Shown: positions 10,071 to 26,864, counted from the stretch's first letter. The stretch is 64,000 nucleotides of DNA from the human T2T-CHM13v2.0 reference genome, Homo sapiens (GCF_009914755.1 NC_060932.1); one strand, 5' to 3'. Translations and numbers: made by a program. The notes: generated from the letters alone by a model not told the origin.

Positions 10071-11849
10071 CAGCAGTTCTCAAAGGGTGTTCTGTGAACA
10101 CCTGAGATGGAGACCCTTCCAGAGGGGGTCTGTCAAAAACTTTTCCTAATAGTACTATGATGTTATTTACCTTTTTCACTAAGTAAGTTAATATTTTCAC
10201 AATGGTGAAATAAAGGGTAAAAAAACTTCTTAGCACAAATCAAGGAAATAGAGCCAAACTGTATTAGTGCTCATTGTATTTTTTCCCACCACGCACATGC
10301 AGGAAAAAAAAAAAATGCTGGTTTCATTTAAGAATGTTCTTTTTTTCACCAGGCACTGTGGCTCACACCTGTAATCCCAGCACTTTGGGAGGCCGAGGCA
10401 GGTGGATCACCTGAGGTCAGGAGTTTGGCACCAGCCAGGACAACATGGTAAAAGCCCGTCTTTACTAAAAATACAAAAATTAGCTGGGCCTGGTGGTAGG
10501 TGCCTGTAACCCCAGCTACTCAGGAGGCTGAAGCAGGAGAATCACTTGGACTCAGGACGTGGAGGTTGCAGTGAGCCGAGATTGCACCACTGCACTCCAG
10601 CCTGGGTGATAGAGCAGCAAGACTCCATCTCAAAAAAAGAAAGAAAAAAAATTTAAATGTGAAAAAAGAGTTTATTTGGGCTGAATTTGAAGACTGCAAC
10701 CTGGGAGACATAGATTCAAGTTGCCCTAAATATATGCTCCTTAAAAATATTTTTGATGAAAGAATACAAAACATAAATTACATTAAATCTTGATTCTTTA
10801 AGTACCTACTTTTTAATATTCTGTTTACAAAAGGGGAAGTATGTGTAAATCACCACTGATGCCATCCAGAAATACAATTATTTCTTGGAAAAAAGCTTTT
10901 GTACATTTGTTGAGTTGCAGGCTGAACTGGACATTTTTTCCCTTGGACTGTCATCTTAAATTAAAACAATGACAAAAACACTATGGTTATTCACATTTGA
11001 GTATTAGGCATATCTGTTTCCAGTGATACAATCCATGCTTTTAAGTGAAAAGTAGAATGCTAGAGATTTTTATCTGCTGTAATGAGACTGATAGATTCAC
11101 AATACTTAATGATTTTTTCAAGAGATCAGTGGTCATACTGATGTACGTAATTTTTTAATATTGGGTCAATGATGAAAAGATCATCAGAAATCATTGAACC
11201 CACATTTTCTAAACTAAGAATATATAATGTACAAAATCATGTATGGGTAGATTCATTCAATATGCAAGACAGGCCATTGAATTTTGATATTACACTATGT
11301 GAAAAGTTCATTAAAATGATTTGCAATGCTGTTTTGCAACTAACCTTTAAGAAACAATTACATGCTGAGTTTTGACATATGTACTTATATTTCAAGAAAG
11401 AAATCCACAGTTATCTTAAAAGGCTATTAAAATGTTCTTTGTTTTTTTTCCAAATATGCATCTGTGTAAGAATGGATTTTCTCCATATACTTAGCCACAA
11501 CATAGAACAACAAATGAAATACAAAAGCGAATATGAGAATCCAGCCATTATACCAGACATTAGAGATATATGAAAAAAATGCAAAACAATGCCATTCTTC
11601 TCACTATATCTTTTGCTTTAGAAAATGCATTTCTTTCATTAAATATAATTAATTTATAATATTATGTAATATGTTTCTTTTGTCACTTTAAATGAATTAT
11701 TACATTACATTTTAATGTCTTAGTTTTAATTTCCATTATGGAAAATATTAATAGATGTAACCCACTTAGGCAAAAGCTCTTTGGAGGCCTCCATAATTTT
11801 TAAGACTATAAAAGATTCTTGGAAAACTTAAGAAAATTGAGAATTGCTA
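10071..11849. mobile_element. hAT-Charlie DNA transposon relic (Charlie1a-like), with an Alu inside
   Basis: Terminal inverted repeats CAGCAGTTCTCAA / TTGAGAATTGCTA and degenerate 8-bp flanks GACTAGAC / GACTTGAG. Length is about 1.45 kb after removing the Alu. Confidence 0.7.
10348..10651 (+). mobile_element. Alu (AluS-like)
   Basis: Dimeric Alu consensus with A-rich linker and tail. Confidence 0.93.
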
Positions 11850-14800
11850 GACTTGAGAAATACAATATGATAGTAAAAATTTATAAGTACTATTTAATAT
11901 TTTTGCTTTGGTAAAAAAAGATATTTAGATTCACTTTTAACATACTTAACATTAATAATATACCTGATTATACATAATTATAGGAATTTAGTAGTGAAGA
12001 ATCTGAATAACCTAAAGATTCACATTGCAATTAAAGATTATCTAGACCATTTCCCACATGACACTGAAACCTCTGGTTTTTATTCAAAGTTTTATTTCAC
12101 CTTAGAGCTATTAAATTATTTTTTATACTCAAAGTTTGCATGTCCAGGCTAGTAACGTTGACTATTGTATTCTATATTTTCAGTTTTAAAACTGCCACAT
12201 AAGTCTTGACCATTTGTAAGGCAACGTGGTTGAACAAAGATACCCAGCATAGTCAGTTCATGTGCTCAGACTTTCTGCTCCGTCCTAGTTAGTGCTAACA
12301 AAGTTCTTACACAAGGTGGCTGTTGGGCTCTCTGTGGGACTTCCCAGGCACACCTTATGTAGATATGAGACATTATGTTTATAGTTTCAAACCGGCCAGA
12401 CCCAGTGCCTCTTTTATAATAAATATTGTGTAATATTTCTTTATTATCTTGACATAAAATACATTGGTAAGTTAGCCTGCCTACACAACTAAATTAAAAA
12501 CAAACAAGCATACAATTTATAATAGTAAAATAAAACAGAGAATATAAGTAATTTATAATAAAAATGACACATAATTCAATATGTGAATGTGAATGATCAG
12601 TATGACTCAATAGAAGATAAACCAAACTTACCAGACGCTTGCACCTGCAATAATTAAGTACCTTACAATAAGTCTGGATTGAAGACAAGTAAGATTAAAA
12701 GTCATACTATATGAGAAGTAAGGCTAATGAAAGAGGAGAGGTAGAGACAGACATTAGAATAAAAGTTAGCATTTGAAAAGTAATAACAGACTATGCTCAT
12801 TTGTATATAATCGTATAAAATAAGAGAAAGAAGTAAATGATCTTAGTCAAATGGAAATAACATGCCAAAATAAGTTACATTATATCGAAGTGGAGAAAGT
12901 AAGGAAGTATGATTTCTTATGTATGAGCTGGGTCTTATTTATAAGTGAGGTATCAAAATACTTTCCTTGATGGGATATCAGATAGGTGATGAGTAGGTAT
13001 CACAGAACACGTCTTTCCTACCTGGAAAATTTGCTACATGTCAAAGCAAATATTGAGTCTACTCCTTATAACAATGTTGGAGACAATATTTTATGGGGCA
13101 GAGAGAATGAAAAAAATAAAGATTACAAGATTCTTTAGGGAAGCCTTCCGAGAGAAGAGAGGAGATGAGATCCGTACTAAAATTTGAGTAACAAGTAGGT
13201 ATTTGTGAGGATGACAATGTAGAAAGTAAATGGTCTGTCAGACAGACCAACATGTACAGCAGCAGTGAAGAGTGAGAAGCACATCTCTTCAGCAAGACCA
13301 GCAAGAAAGTTGTGTGTGGGAAAGTCATGGGACTTACCTCGAGAAAATTAGACTGACAACAGATTGTAAAGTGTGGTGTGCTAAGAACCTGGACGTTACT
13401 CTATAGGCCAGGAGTTGGCAAACCAAAACATAGTGCACGAGTGTTAAGAAAATGTCAGTTTCAACATATCTGTAGCATGGGTTAGTGTAACTTAAAAACA
13501 TCCACAGTGTATTATAATTTTTAAAATTGAATAAAATGTGCATCTATTTTGCTATTACTGACATTGGACACATTTCTCAGTTTATTTCATAGTTCTAGTT
13601 CCTGTTTTCAAAGTATCAGTCAATTTTTATTCCCATTAGCCTACAAGAATTTCAATATTCTTATCAATTTTATGTGCTATTCATTTAATCAAGGAATTAA
13701 TTATCTGCACATAGTGAAAACATTTTTCTTAAAGGTTATTTGCCTTTTAATTTGCATATTTTTCTTTTTAGTCTACTTCAACTACCTCAATATCCTTAAT
13801 TAAACAAGGCAGGAATTAAACAAACCAATAAAAGACTTTATATTAAATATGATTTATGTTTTTTAATGTAGTCAAATTTATTCATCTGTTTCTTTATGAT
13901 TTCCTTTATCTATTTGACATGGCAGACACTAAGAAAAATCCTCCACGTTAACTTGGAACCCCTTGACACCACTATGTAATGACTTTCCTTCCCATAGAGA
14001 ACAGACTAAATTTTATTCAGAATGTAATAAACCCCAAGTAAATTACTGAGTGATATTTAATATCCTGATCTAAAGTTGGGATTTAGATTTTATTTTCATA
14101 TCCAAATATTTTTACACTACTTGCCAAAAGTAGGTCATGCCAAATGAGAAAGATCCCTATCTCTTTTGAAATGAGATACTAATTCAAAACATCTTCTAAC
14201 TACTCTCATAAGTTAGAAATTTTAGGTCACATAAAAAAAAATGAATTAAACAGTGTTCTGAAGGAATTCATTGTTCCACCATGGTAATCAGAAACTTGAG
14301 CAACTGAAATCCTTTTTAATTAAGCCTTGCTATGAACACATGTGTGTGCATATTTATATATAGAAAATATATCAACATTTATTTTTATCTTTTGATTAGT
14401 GTTAAATAAATAAAATTCTTCCTTAATGATTCATTCTAAACCTTAGTTGTCATTGCACAATTCTACTGATGTAAATGTTAAATGTACCTGGGCAACTAGA
14501 GCAAAACTCCATCTCAGAAAAAGAAAAAAAGAACAGATTGTGGGCTGATTCTCAAAATTCACCTTACAGTTGTTAGTTTTTTAAAGCATATTCCTTATAT
14601 AAGTTGCTTACTTGTCACAAAACCTTTCTCTGTAAGTAAAAGTTGAGGGGCAAAAAGTTGCTTGAGAGTTCTAGTCAGCTGACCTCTAGTTTAAAGTTGA
14701 CTTTTTATTATTAGTTTTTTAAAATATCTGCAAAATAAATGGTATTATATAAAGTAGAATTAGATCAATATTGCCATCTGATGTATCTTCAAAGCTCCCT

Positions 14801-16299
14801 ACCAAAAATCATTAAGAAAACTTAACAGAACAGTGAAGAAAGCGACCTCACAGCTGCAATTCACATGCATGAAGTTGACTTCAAGCTCAGCATGTGTTGT
14901 TTGAGGATTGCGTAAGGAAAACAATCAAAATGTCAACAGATATAAAAAGTCATAAAGTATGAAGCAACAGAGTGGGTTTTGAAGAATAAAAGTTATATAA
15001 TATGACATAAGGAGTGTGGAGGAGCACAGCTGGTAGCTAGGTGAAGAGGTAAGGAGTTACTCAGGAAGGGCCCAAAGAACCACAGCAGCCTTGAAACATG
15101 TCCAGCACAATTGTATACAGCTGTGGCCAATATTGTGCTGCAACCATTTGCTTTTCTGTCTCTTGGTTTCTTCTCTTCATGCTTTCTCTTCCCCAGCATC
15201 CCCTATTTGTCTCAAAACTTCTTCGCTTTTTCACAAAGTTAGAGTCAGCTTTAGAGGATAACAGGGGTTGAAGGGAGGAGGGAGGTGTATACTCCCAAGT
15301 TTCTTATCATGTCCCTTTTCTCAAAGAAAGTGTAGCACAAAGAAGCAAACATGTGAATCTCAGTGACTTTCCCTTCAGCAAGACCAGGGGACCTATATCA
15401 TATTGAAGATTTGCACTTCTGTGTTTAAAATCCAGTTAGGTTCTTCAAGCAAACAAAACATAAATGAGATTGATGCTTTGTAACAATATCTGCAGCAGTT
15501 TTTTCCATAGTGGGAGGGGCATGTGATTTGAAGTATACGATACTATTACAAAATTTCAAGCAAAAAGATAAGGCCTTGGAGTGGGACAATGACAAGAACA
15601 AATAAGACAAAGAAGGGGAACCCATACAAGTTTCAAAGTGTCAAGACAAATTCCCATGTAGGAAGAGTAATGACTGGCATTAAACCAGCTGTCTCAAAGA
15701 TAAAGAGTATGGCCATTTTCCATAAAAACATAGATACCACCTTTGTGTTTACATATAGCTTATACCACATAATAATATAACTCTTCGTTCAAATTAGGAG
15801 CTCCTTGTATCCAGAAAATGACTTTTATTCAACTTTTTGTTTTCAACTCCTAGTTTATTACCAGGAACATGATAAATGCACAGAAAAATATTTACTGAAT
15901 AAATAAATCTCTAGTCTCTCTTATTACCAAGCATATACTTTCACAAAATGTCTAACTTAGATCAGTACAGTCTGCCCCTGAATAGAATTTTCAAATCTGT
16001 TTCAAGTCAACTGACCTATTCAGTAATCCAACTGTTAAAGTTGTACCTATAATAATGTGCTCTAACATTATGAGAGCCAAGACAGTAGATACACCTTAAA
16101 CAGACTGTGTTAACTGGACAACGATAGCATAAAAAAGCAACAAGAACTAAGTTCCTTTAAGATATATCATATGTTGTAGATATATATAAAATATTATTTG
16201 TTAAACACTGAAAACAAAAGTAGACAGTACCTAAAAGCAATAGTAGCTTGATATTAACAAGACTGATCAAATGTTCATCTTGACATGACTTAGGCTTAC

Positions 16300-16680
16300 T
16301 TGACTAGGACAGGGAGGCTCTAAACTCTATGTGAACTTCCTTCACTGTCAGCTCCATCTCAGGTTCAGACCTCACCCCTCTCCCATGCTCCCATGCACTC
16401 ACATGCCTGACTACAGACATTTCCTACCTCAACTTTCTTGTTATTGCAATGTTTGACTCAGTTCCTTAAATTTCAAGATCACCCCCAGCAGTTTTCCACA
16501 CTCTCCTCTTTCCATACCCACCTATCCCTCAGTCTCTGCACATAAAGGCTTTCCCTACCCACTCCTTCCTTGAAATGTTTCTGGCTTAGGTTTTGAGCCC
16601 TATTACAATAGTCTTCTATTGCAACTACCCCTTAATGAAAGTCTTTCTTTTCTAATGCCTAGACTTCCTCTCTTTCACTG
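16300..16680 (+). mobile_element. Possible ancient ERV1-type solo LTR
   Basis: C-rich, LTR-like composition with a TATA-like motif and a degenerate polyA-signal block (CTTAATGAAAGTCTTTC). Family not identified. Confidence 0.35.
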
Positions 16681-19229
16681 ACCATACAAAATTCTATAAC
16701 TAATCTAATCCTGGCTTAGGAAGATACTGTGTAACTCTGAGCATAAAAAAAACTCCACCTCTTGAGACCTCTCAATTTCCCATCTAACAAAATCGTATTT
16801 GCTTGGGAATTAATGGTCCCTGACGCCCTCTCTTGCACCATGGCTCTATGAGTCGAGGATACCAGTTTTTCCTGGAAGAAGAAATGACTAATCACACATC
16901 AGTCAGGTTTTACTGCTTTGCTTGTTTCTGGCTGTGTAAACCCTGACATTTTATCCCCTTACACTCTCTACTAAGCTCATTATCCATCTCCTGGGGGGCC
17001 TGAGCTTCTAGCTCATGGAACACACATCATTGTACACAAACAAAATGTTGGCATGCCACACGGGAGTAAACAGATGAGGTGACTCAAGGATGGAGGCAAG
17101 CAGCCTGGAAGCTATGGCAGCCCCCGGCTCCCTCCAGGTCCTCACATAGAGATCAATATATTTCCCACTTCTGAATCCCATTCACAGGACACACCAGTGT
17201 GTTCTGGAACAAACATCAGGAAGCTCAGCCCTAAGGAGTTTTGGAATGTTGGATTCTGTTCTAGACATTTGAGTATACCAGAGCAGGTCTGGACAATCAC
17301 AATTGCCTTGACTGGACTCTCTGGGATTATTTCCCCAAAGTTTAGAACCTCCATGACATAATCAACTTTCTTCAGATCTTCTAGTAAGCTTAAATATCCT
17401 GGGAGATGTAAATTCAGTGAGGACCCTATTTCCTCTTTCCCTCAGCTTCTTTCTCAAGCAAAACTGAAAAAAAAAATAAGATAGAATAACTCTCTATTCA
17501 GAATATAACTGTGGTTCTGAGGACAGAGATTCCCATATTTGTAAACAGAGAAATTTGGGTCCTGTGGTTAGACAGTTGATTGATCTGTAAGCTACAGTTT
17601 CTTCACCTATAAATAAGAGGGGAGCAATAATGCCTACTTCATGGTGTCATTTAATGGATTAAATGACATAATACATGCAAAGTGTTTAGTAGAGGTATGT
17701 TCCATAAGAATAGGAAGACTCCAATAAATTTACTTCCAGCTTCAATAGCTAATTCTTACACTGCTTCCTAGATTCCTGTTGTCTTTCTTAACAATGACGC
17801 AACTTGTGCAGACAACATTTGATAGCACAGCCACTTAGAAAAACGTTACTCAAATGTAAAGATTCTATGTTGCATCACGCTGACTGAGATTCACATGTCA
17901 AGATTTATTCACTGCTTTATATAAACCAGGCTCTTTACCAAACACCTTCTTATATTCATTCCATTTATTCCTCATCACAAATCTGTATGGGTTATTTTTA
18001 TCTCATTTATAGAAAGAGAAACTCAAAGCCAGACATGTTAAGAGATATATACAAGATCACAAAGCTAATAAGGAGAAATGACATGTCTCAGTGCCTTTTA
18101 CCAGAGATTGTAAAGCTAGCAAAAGTCAAGAAAGAATTTTCTCCTTGTTTCTCTTTGCCAAGGACAGAAGGGTCTCCTGCCTGAGCGCTGAAGTCTGCCA
18201 CCTGCAGAAACATTTGAGCAGTAATATAATTAAGCCTTCCCTTTGAACTCATAGTTTGGTGCAATTTTTTAATTAATAAACTTTATTTTTAGAGCAGCTT
18301 TAGGTTCACAGCAAAATTGATTTGGAAAGTACAGAGTTCACATATATCTCCTGTTCCCACACAAGCACAATCTCTTCCGCTATCAGCATCACACACAAGA
18401 ATAGTACATTAGTTACATCTGATGAATCTACATTGACACGTCGTTATTACCCAAAGCCCATAGTTTATATTAGATTCCACTTTTGATGTTGTACATTATA
18501 TTGGTTTGGACAAATGTACAATAACAACTATTCACTACTGTAGTATGATACAGAATAATTTTACTGCCCTAAAAAAAAAATCTTCTGTTCTCTGTCTATT
18601 CATCCCTCTCTCCCACCTATCCATTGGCAACTACTAATCATTTTATTGTCTTCATAGTTTTGCCATACCAGAATGTCATGTATTTGGAATCACACAGTGT
18701 GTAGCCTTTTTAGATAGTTTCTTTCAGAAACGTTCATTTAAGCTTCTTCCATGTCTTTTTATGTTTTGATAGGCTCACTTCTTTATAGCACTGAATAATA
18801 TTCCATTGTATAGCTGTACCACAGTTTATAGATCCATTCCTACTGAAAGGCATCTTGATTGCCTCCAAGTTTGGGCCATAATGAACAAACTGCAATAAAT
18901 ATCCATGTGCAGGTTTTTGTGTGGACATGTTTTCAAATCCTTTGAGTATATACCAAAAAGTGTGATTGCTGGATCATATGGTAAGAATATGGCTCATTTT
19001 GCAAGAAACTGCCAACTGTCTTCCAAGGTGGCTGAATCATTTTAAATTTCCAACACCAATAAATGATGAGAGTTCCTGTTGCTACATATTCTAGCCTGCA
19101 AATGGTGTTTTCAGTGTTCTTGATTCTGACCATTCTAAGTGTATAAAGGTATCTCACTGTTTTAATTTGCAATTCCCTAATAATATAATGTTGAATATTT
19201 TTATATGCTTACTTGTGATCTATCTTCTC

Positions 19230-19563
<334 letters not shown>

Positions 19564-20174
19564 TAACAGGTTGCTCATTTTCCTATTGCTGAGTTTTAAG
19601 AGTTCTTTGTTTATTTTGGCTAACAGTCCTGTATGTTCTTTGCAAATATTTTCTTACGGTCTATAATTTGTCTACTCATTTTCTAGAATGAGTTAGAAAA
19701 AATTCCCTCTGCTTCTATCTTCCAAGAGATTGTAGATAGTTATTAAAATCTCTGTTTTAAATATTTGGCAGAATTCACCAATGAACCTATCTGGGCCTGG
19801 GGCATTCTATTTTGCAAAGTTATGATTGATTCAATTCTTTAATAAACATAGACCTATCCAGACTGCCTATTTCTTCTTGTGTGAGCTTTGACAGATTGCC
19901 TTTCAAGAAATTCCTCCATTTATTTCATCTAGGTTATCAAATATGTGGCCAGAGAGTTGTTCATGGTATTCCTATGTTATCCTTTTTCTGTCTATGGGAT
20001 CAATATGATGTCCTCTCTTTCATTTCTAATATTAGTAATCCCTCTCTCTTTTTCTCTTAGTTAGGCTGACTGGAGGTTTATTGACTTTAATGATCTTTCC
20101 AAAGAATCAGCTTTTGGTTTTGTTAATTTTCTCTATTAATTTTCTGTTTTCAATTTCATTGTTTCCTGCTCTAG

Positions 20175-20564
<390 letters not shown>

Positions 20565-23500
20565 TGTTTCCTGCTCTAATTTTTACTATTTTTTTCTGCT
20601 TACTTTGGACTTAATTTATTCTACTTTTCTAGCTTTCTATAGTGGAAGCTTAGATTGATTTAAGATATTTCTTTTTTCTAACATATGCATACAATGCTAT
20701 AAATTTTCCTCTAAGTATTGCTTTCTCTGTATCCCATATTTTAATAACTTGTATTTTCATTTTCATTTAGTTCAAAATACTTTTAATTCATCTTGAGATT
20801 TCTTCTTTCACCCATGTGTTATTTATAAGAATGTTGCTTAATCTCCAAATATGTGGGGATTTTTCCAGCTATCTTTCTGTTATTATTAATTTCATTATTG
20901 TCTGAGACTAGACATTGTATGAATTCTGTTCTTTAAAAATTTTTAAGATGTGTTTTATGGTCCAGAATGTGGTCTACCTTGGTGAATGTCCCATGTGAAA
21001 AATAATGTATATTCTGCTGTTCTTGGATGAAGGACTCTACAGATGGCAATTATATCCAGTGGGTTTGTAGTGCTTTTGAGTTTAATTATGTCCTCACTGA
21101 TTTTCTGCTGGATGCATTATTCTTTCTGATAGACTGATGCTAAAGTCTCTAGTTATCTATTTCTCCTTGCAGTTCTAGGAGTTTTTGCCTCAAAAATTTT
21201 GATCCCCTATTGTTAGGTACATATACATTAAGGATTCTTATGTCATCTTTGACTATTGAAATCTTTATCATTATGTAATGCTCTCTTTATCCCTGTTAAC
21301 TTTTCTTGCAGTGATGTCTATGCTGTCTAAAATTAAAGTAACTACTCCTACCTTCTTATGATTAGTGTTAGCATGGTATTATTTTCTCCATGAATTTACT
21401 CTTAATCTATATGTATCTCTATATTTAAAGCAGATTTCTTGTAAACAACATATAATTAGGTCTTGTTTTTTGATCCACTCTGATAATCTCTGTCCTTTAG
21501 TTGGTGCATTTAGACCATTGATGTGCAAAGGGACTATTGATATAGTTAGATTAATAGCTACCGTATTTGTTATTGCTTTCTATTTGTTGCCCTTGTTTTT
21601 TGCTCCTGTTTTTATATTGCACAGTTTTTCTGCCTTTTGTGGTTTTAATTTAGCATTTTATGATTCCATTTTTCTCCCTTGTTAGCACATTGATTATACT
21701 TCTTTTTCTACTTTTTTAGTGGTTGCCCTAGAGTTTGCAGTGTCCGTTTACAACCAATCCAAGTCCACTTTCAAATACTACTGTACCACTTCACAGATAG
21801 TGCAAATGCCTAACAATAACAAAATGTTCCTAATTCTTCCCTCCCACCCATAGTATCATTGCTATCATTCATTTCACTCATGCATAAGCATATACAGAAT
21901 GTGTGTATTTTTTCAAATACATTGTTTCTATTATTATTTTGAATAATGTTCTCTGTTAGGCCAATTAAGGATAAGAAAAGTAAGCTTTCATTTTACCTTT
22001 ACTTGTTCCTTCTCTGACACTTTTTCTTTCCATATATAGATTTGAGTTTCTGAACTATAATATTTTCCTTCTCTCTGAAGAACTTTTGTTTTAACATGTC
22101 TTGCAAGGCAGGTTTACTGGCAACAAATTCCTTCAATTTTTCTATGTCTGAGAAAACCTTTATTTCTGCTTCAGTTTTAAAGAGTAATTTCATAAGGCAT
22201 AGCAGTATAGATTGGTGGTTTCTTTCACTCAGTGCTTTAAATACATTACTCCACTTTCTTCTTGCTTGCATGGTTTCTGAGGACAAGTCAAATGTGGTTC
22301 TTATCCTTGCTCCTATCCAGGTAGAGGTAAGGTATTTTTTTCCTCTGGATTCTTTCAATATATTTTCTTTATCTTTGATTTTCTGTAGTTTGAAAATGAT
22401 GTGCTTAGATATAGTTTTTTGGCATTTACACTGCCTGATGTTCTCTGAGCTTCCTGCACCTGTGTTTTGGAGTCTAAAAATAATTCGAGAAGATTCTCAG
22501 CCATTACTTCTTGAAATAGTTCTTCTGTTCCTTCCTCTCTGTCTTCTTTTTCTAGTATTCCTATCATGCATATGTTATACCTTTTGTAGTTAGCCCATAG
22601 TTCTTAGATATTCTGGGTTTTTTCTTTTTCCAGTACTTTTTCTTTGCTCTTCAGTTTTGGAAGTTTGTACTGTTATAGCCTCAAATTTAGAGATTTTTTT
22701 TCACTATGGTCAGTCTACTAATAAGCCCATCATCAAAGGCATTCTTCATTTCTACCATAACGTTTTCGATCTCTAATATTTCTTTTTGACTCTTTCTTAG
22801 AATTTCCATCTTTCTGCTTACATTACCCATCTGTTATTGGATGTTGTCTACTATTTCCATTAAAGCCTTTAGCATATTAATCATAGTTATTTTCAAATTT
22901 GTGGTCTGATCATTCCAATGTTCCTGCCATATCTGGGTCTGGTTCTGGTTCTGATGCTTGTTCAGTCTTTTCAAACTGTGTTATTTGCCTTTAAATATGC
23001 CTTATTTTTTGTTGCTAGGCTGATATAACGTACTGGGTTAAAGAAACTGCAGTAAATAGGTCTTTAGTAATGTAGTGGTAAGGTACAGGTAGAGAAGAAA
23101 TATTCTACAATCCTGTGATAAGATCTCAGTCTTTTGGTGAGTCTATACTCTGGACTGTGAACGTAGCCAGTGCTTCTCAGTTTTTTCCCCATTAGGTAGA
23201 GCAAGATGGGTGGAGGGGGCTGGAGTTGAGTATTTCCCTTCCTATAGAAAGATGAGGCTCTGACATAAGCCCAGTAGGTCAAGCTCTGGTAAAATAGTTT
23301 CTCCTGCAGGAAAGCCTTGTTAAGAAGAATAAAATGCTTTAGCATATTTCAGAATGGTTCGTTTTTCCCTCCTTGTGACAGATTCATGTGTGGATTTTTC
23401 TCTGATATTCACTGTGAGGACCTGGTAGAGCTCCTGGTGGTAAAACTCACCAAAATGTGAGGGCCTCCCTTATGACTAGAGTTTCTATGTCCCTCCAGAG

Positions 23501-24028
23501 TTTTTATCTCTCAGTCTTGTCCACACTGAACCTCCATACTTCATCAATTATAGTTTAGATTTTCCTACCCTGGTACTTGTTCCAGTGGAAGTTTCTACTG
23601 CACAACCACTGACTGTCATCACCCTTCTTATTGATCTATGTAAACAAGGAAAATATTTCAAAACAATTGTGTAATAATCCTCATTTTTTCCTTTAAAAAC
23701 CTTTGTCTTTCTTTGCCTCCCTGAATGTGTACATAGTTTATTATGGCATGGGTATTCCCACTGCAATGCTTTATTCCAAAATAAATACATTTTCTTTTAG
23801 AGAGCCTGTTTGTTATTTAGGTTGACAAAAATTAAAAGAATATATTTGAATATATGTGAACATCATATAAATATAATATTAATAAAACTGTTTTTCATGC
23901 TAAGGCAGTTTGATTTTCAAAATTTTATTGCAATAACCTTTTATTTATTTTACATTTATCTTAATAATTGTGTCGTGATAGCTATCATATAAAGTGGAAG
24001 AAGAGATAGTAAAGGAAAAAATTATAGA

Positions 24029-24332
<304 letters not shown>

Positions 24333-24929
24333 TAGAATTTTAGAAACAAAATACCACATACTATTTATAGTTCCAATCTTTCATCAGGATGCTAGTTCCA
24401 AGATTTATCATAGCTTGAGGAGGAAAAGAAAGCTTTTTGAGAAAAAAGAAAATAGAGGAAAAGCACTGTAGACTATTTCCAAGGAGATCTGCTTTTAACT
24501 ATAACAGGTATCGAGATTTTCAGAACACTATTCTCACAGTCAAGACTGAAGTCTATTTATCCAGTTGCAATAACCTGTACCGACAGATCATGCTAACTTT
24601 AGCACTTGTGAGAGAAGGGAGAATGAGGCCACCAATGCACTTATTCTCGCAGTTGGACTTGGGTGCTCCATCAGTCCTAATCAGTGCCTTCACAGGAGAG
24701 GCACTGCTGAGGCTGGATAAATAAAGGACCCATGAAAAAGTTGCCATTAAGAAAACAAACCAGTTTTCAATCACTGAATTGTGTCATGACTTTTTGTGCC
24801 TTTTCAGATTTCTTTATAAGTAAAATCATAAATATGTAAAAAACACATTTATAAGCATTAAATTTTTAATTTCAATTCATTTAAGTGAATAGCTGAGTGA
24901 CTAAACAAAAACAAAGTTTTGGTACTCGC

Positions 24930-25759
24930 AAGACTTCTGACACCAAATGTATGGGTTTTCTACCAAAGACTCCAGTTCTCCACAGAGACCAACTGGGTAT
25001 CTGACAATTTAATTCCATTCTCACACTAACTACCTGGAGTCAGCACAGAGCCCACACACTAAGGGCTCAGTCCCACAAAACTGCCCACCACCATCAGATG
25101 CTAAGCATATGTATTATAATAGATTCTCAGGTTAACCACACTTTTGTCCAGCTTGGCTACAAATCAAGAGTTTTCACAAATCCTTCATCAATAATTTGCT
25201 ATAATTGCTCAAAGAACTCAGGAAAACACTTTACTTGCAATTACCAGTTTATTGCAAAGGCTATTATAAAGGATACATATGAACAACCAGATGAAGGGGT
25301 ACATAGGGTGAGGTCTGGAAGAGTCCTGAGCATCAGAGCTTCTGTCCCCATGGAATTTGAGGTGCACCGTGCTCCCAACATGTGAATGTATTCACCAACC
25401 CAGAAGCTCTCCAAACCCCATAGCATAGGATTTTTATAAAGGCCCCATTAAATAGGTATGATGGATCAAATCATTGATCATTGGTGATTAATTCAATCTC
25501 CTGCCCTTCTTTCCTCCCTGGAATTGGTGTTAAAAGTTCTAATCCTCTAATCACATGGTTGGTTATCCTGGCAACTAGCCCCCATCCTCCAAGAGTCACC
25601 TCACTAGCATAAATTCAGGGGTGGTTGAAAGGTGCTTATTATAAATAACAAAATATATGCTCCTCTTACGTCTATCATTCAGGAAATTCCAAGAGTTTTA
25701 GGAGCTCTATGCCAGGAACCAGAGGCAAAGACTGAATATATATTTTTTGTTATGTCACA
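24930..25759. mobile_element. MER21-like LTR
   Basis: ACTTCTGACACCAAATGT, AAGGGCTCAGTCCCACAA and terminal TATGTCACA resemble the MER21 consensus. Confidence 0.65.
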
Positions 25760-26864
25760 GTAACCTTGGAAAATTACTTAATTTCTTATGCCTTGATTTC
25801 CTTATTTATCTGTATTATCCCACAAGGTAGCTGATTTGATTTAGTAAGTTACTATAAGTGTTAAACACAGCTCCTGGCACATAGTAGGTGCCATAGAAGT
25901 GTTGGCTATTATTATTATAACTCTGTTAAAGTTTACAACTGGTGTATTACAAACTGTTGGTTTATATATGTCTTCTTTAGACAGGAGTTTCCAGAGGATA
26001 AAGATTAATTCAACATATTGTTGACAAGATAAATTATGCTTATATAAGAGTCTTTTTGCTTGTAAATCTGTTTGATAGAGGAAGTATAAAACCCAAAATA
26101 TGTGTACTAAGTGATGTGCTTGTGGAAAATTAAGCCTAATTTGCAACTAACTACAAAATATTTTTAAAGCATCTTAAAGTAGCTGAAGCACCCTCTATAT
26201 ATTGTAGATAGTAATAATTAGAATAACCCAATTACAAAGCTAACATTTATGGAGTCTTAATGTATATTATGTACACTACCAGGAGACTCTTATTAGTATT
26301 TCTTTATAGATAAACTACTTCAACTACTTTATATAATTTTATTTTAAAAAACAAGACAGGGATTATCAGATCTATTTTTTAATGATGAAATCAATAAGTA
26401 ACAGAATTACTAGGAAGTGGCAGATGTGTGTGTGATTCAAGATATGTTATCATGTGATTCAAACCTAATATTTTTCATCATTCTATATTAATTTTCTCAT
26501 TGTACAAATTTAAAGAATTACTGTTTAAGGGTCAACATTAATGAGGTTGCATTTTTTTTATCTCTTAGTCAGCTGTGTCTAACTTGCTTAATTGTGCATA
26601 GATTTTTAAATGCTTAACTCGTAAAACATTTTAACTTTAATATTAAGATTTCGAAAATTAGTTCAATTAACTCACAAGTGAGTTTTTAAAATTATGTTAG
26701 GAGCTATAACAAAATATATTTGAGTAAGGGAGAAAGAGGAAAGCAAAACACTTAACTACAAGAGGATTACATGAAGCCTTTCAGAAGCACAGCAAACAGA
26801 ATAAAAACTGGGAATTTATGTTAACTTTCTAAATTAAGTTTCCAGTTTAAAAAATGAAGAAGGA

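Noticed and set aside
11850-18260. Largest apparently repeat-poor stretch, searched for hidden exons or RNA genes
   Set aside because: No convincing ORF with splice sites and no recognisable RNA gene. Only degraded MIR/L2/LTR-like traces were seen, though conserved non-coding elements cannot be excluded by eye.
26640-26850. TATA-like (CTATAAC at ~26704) and HNF1-like AT-rich motifs upstream of the pseudogene ATG
   Set aside because: Poor consensus matches in very AT-rich DNA, indistinguishable from chance without conservation data.
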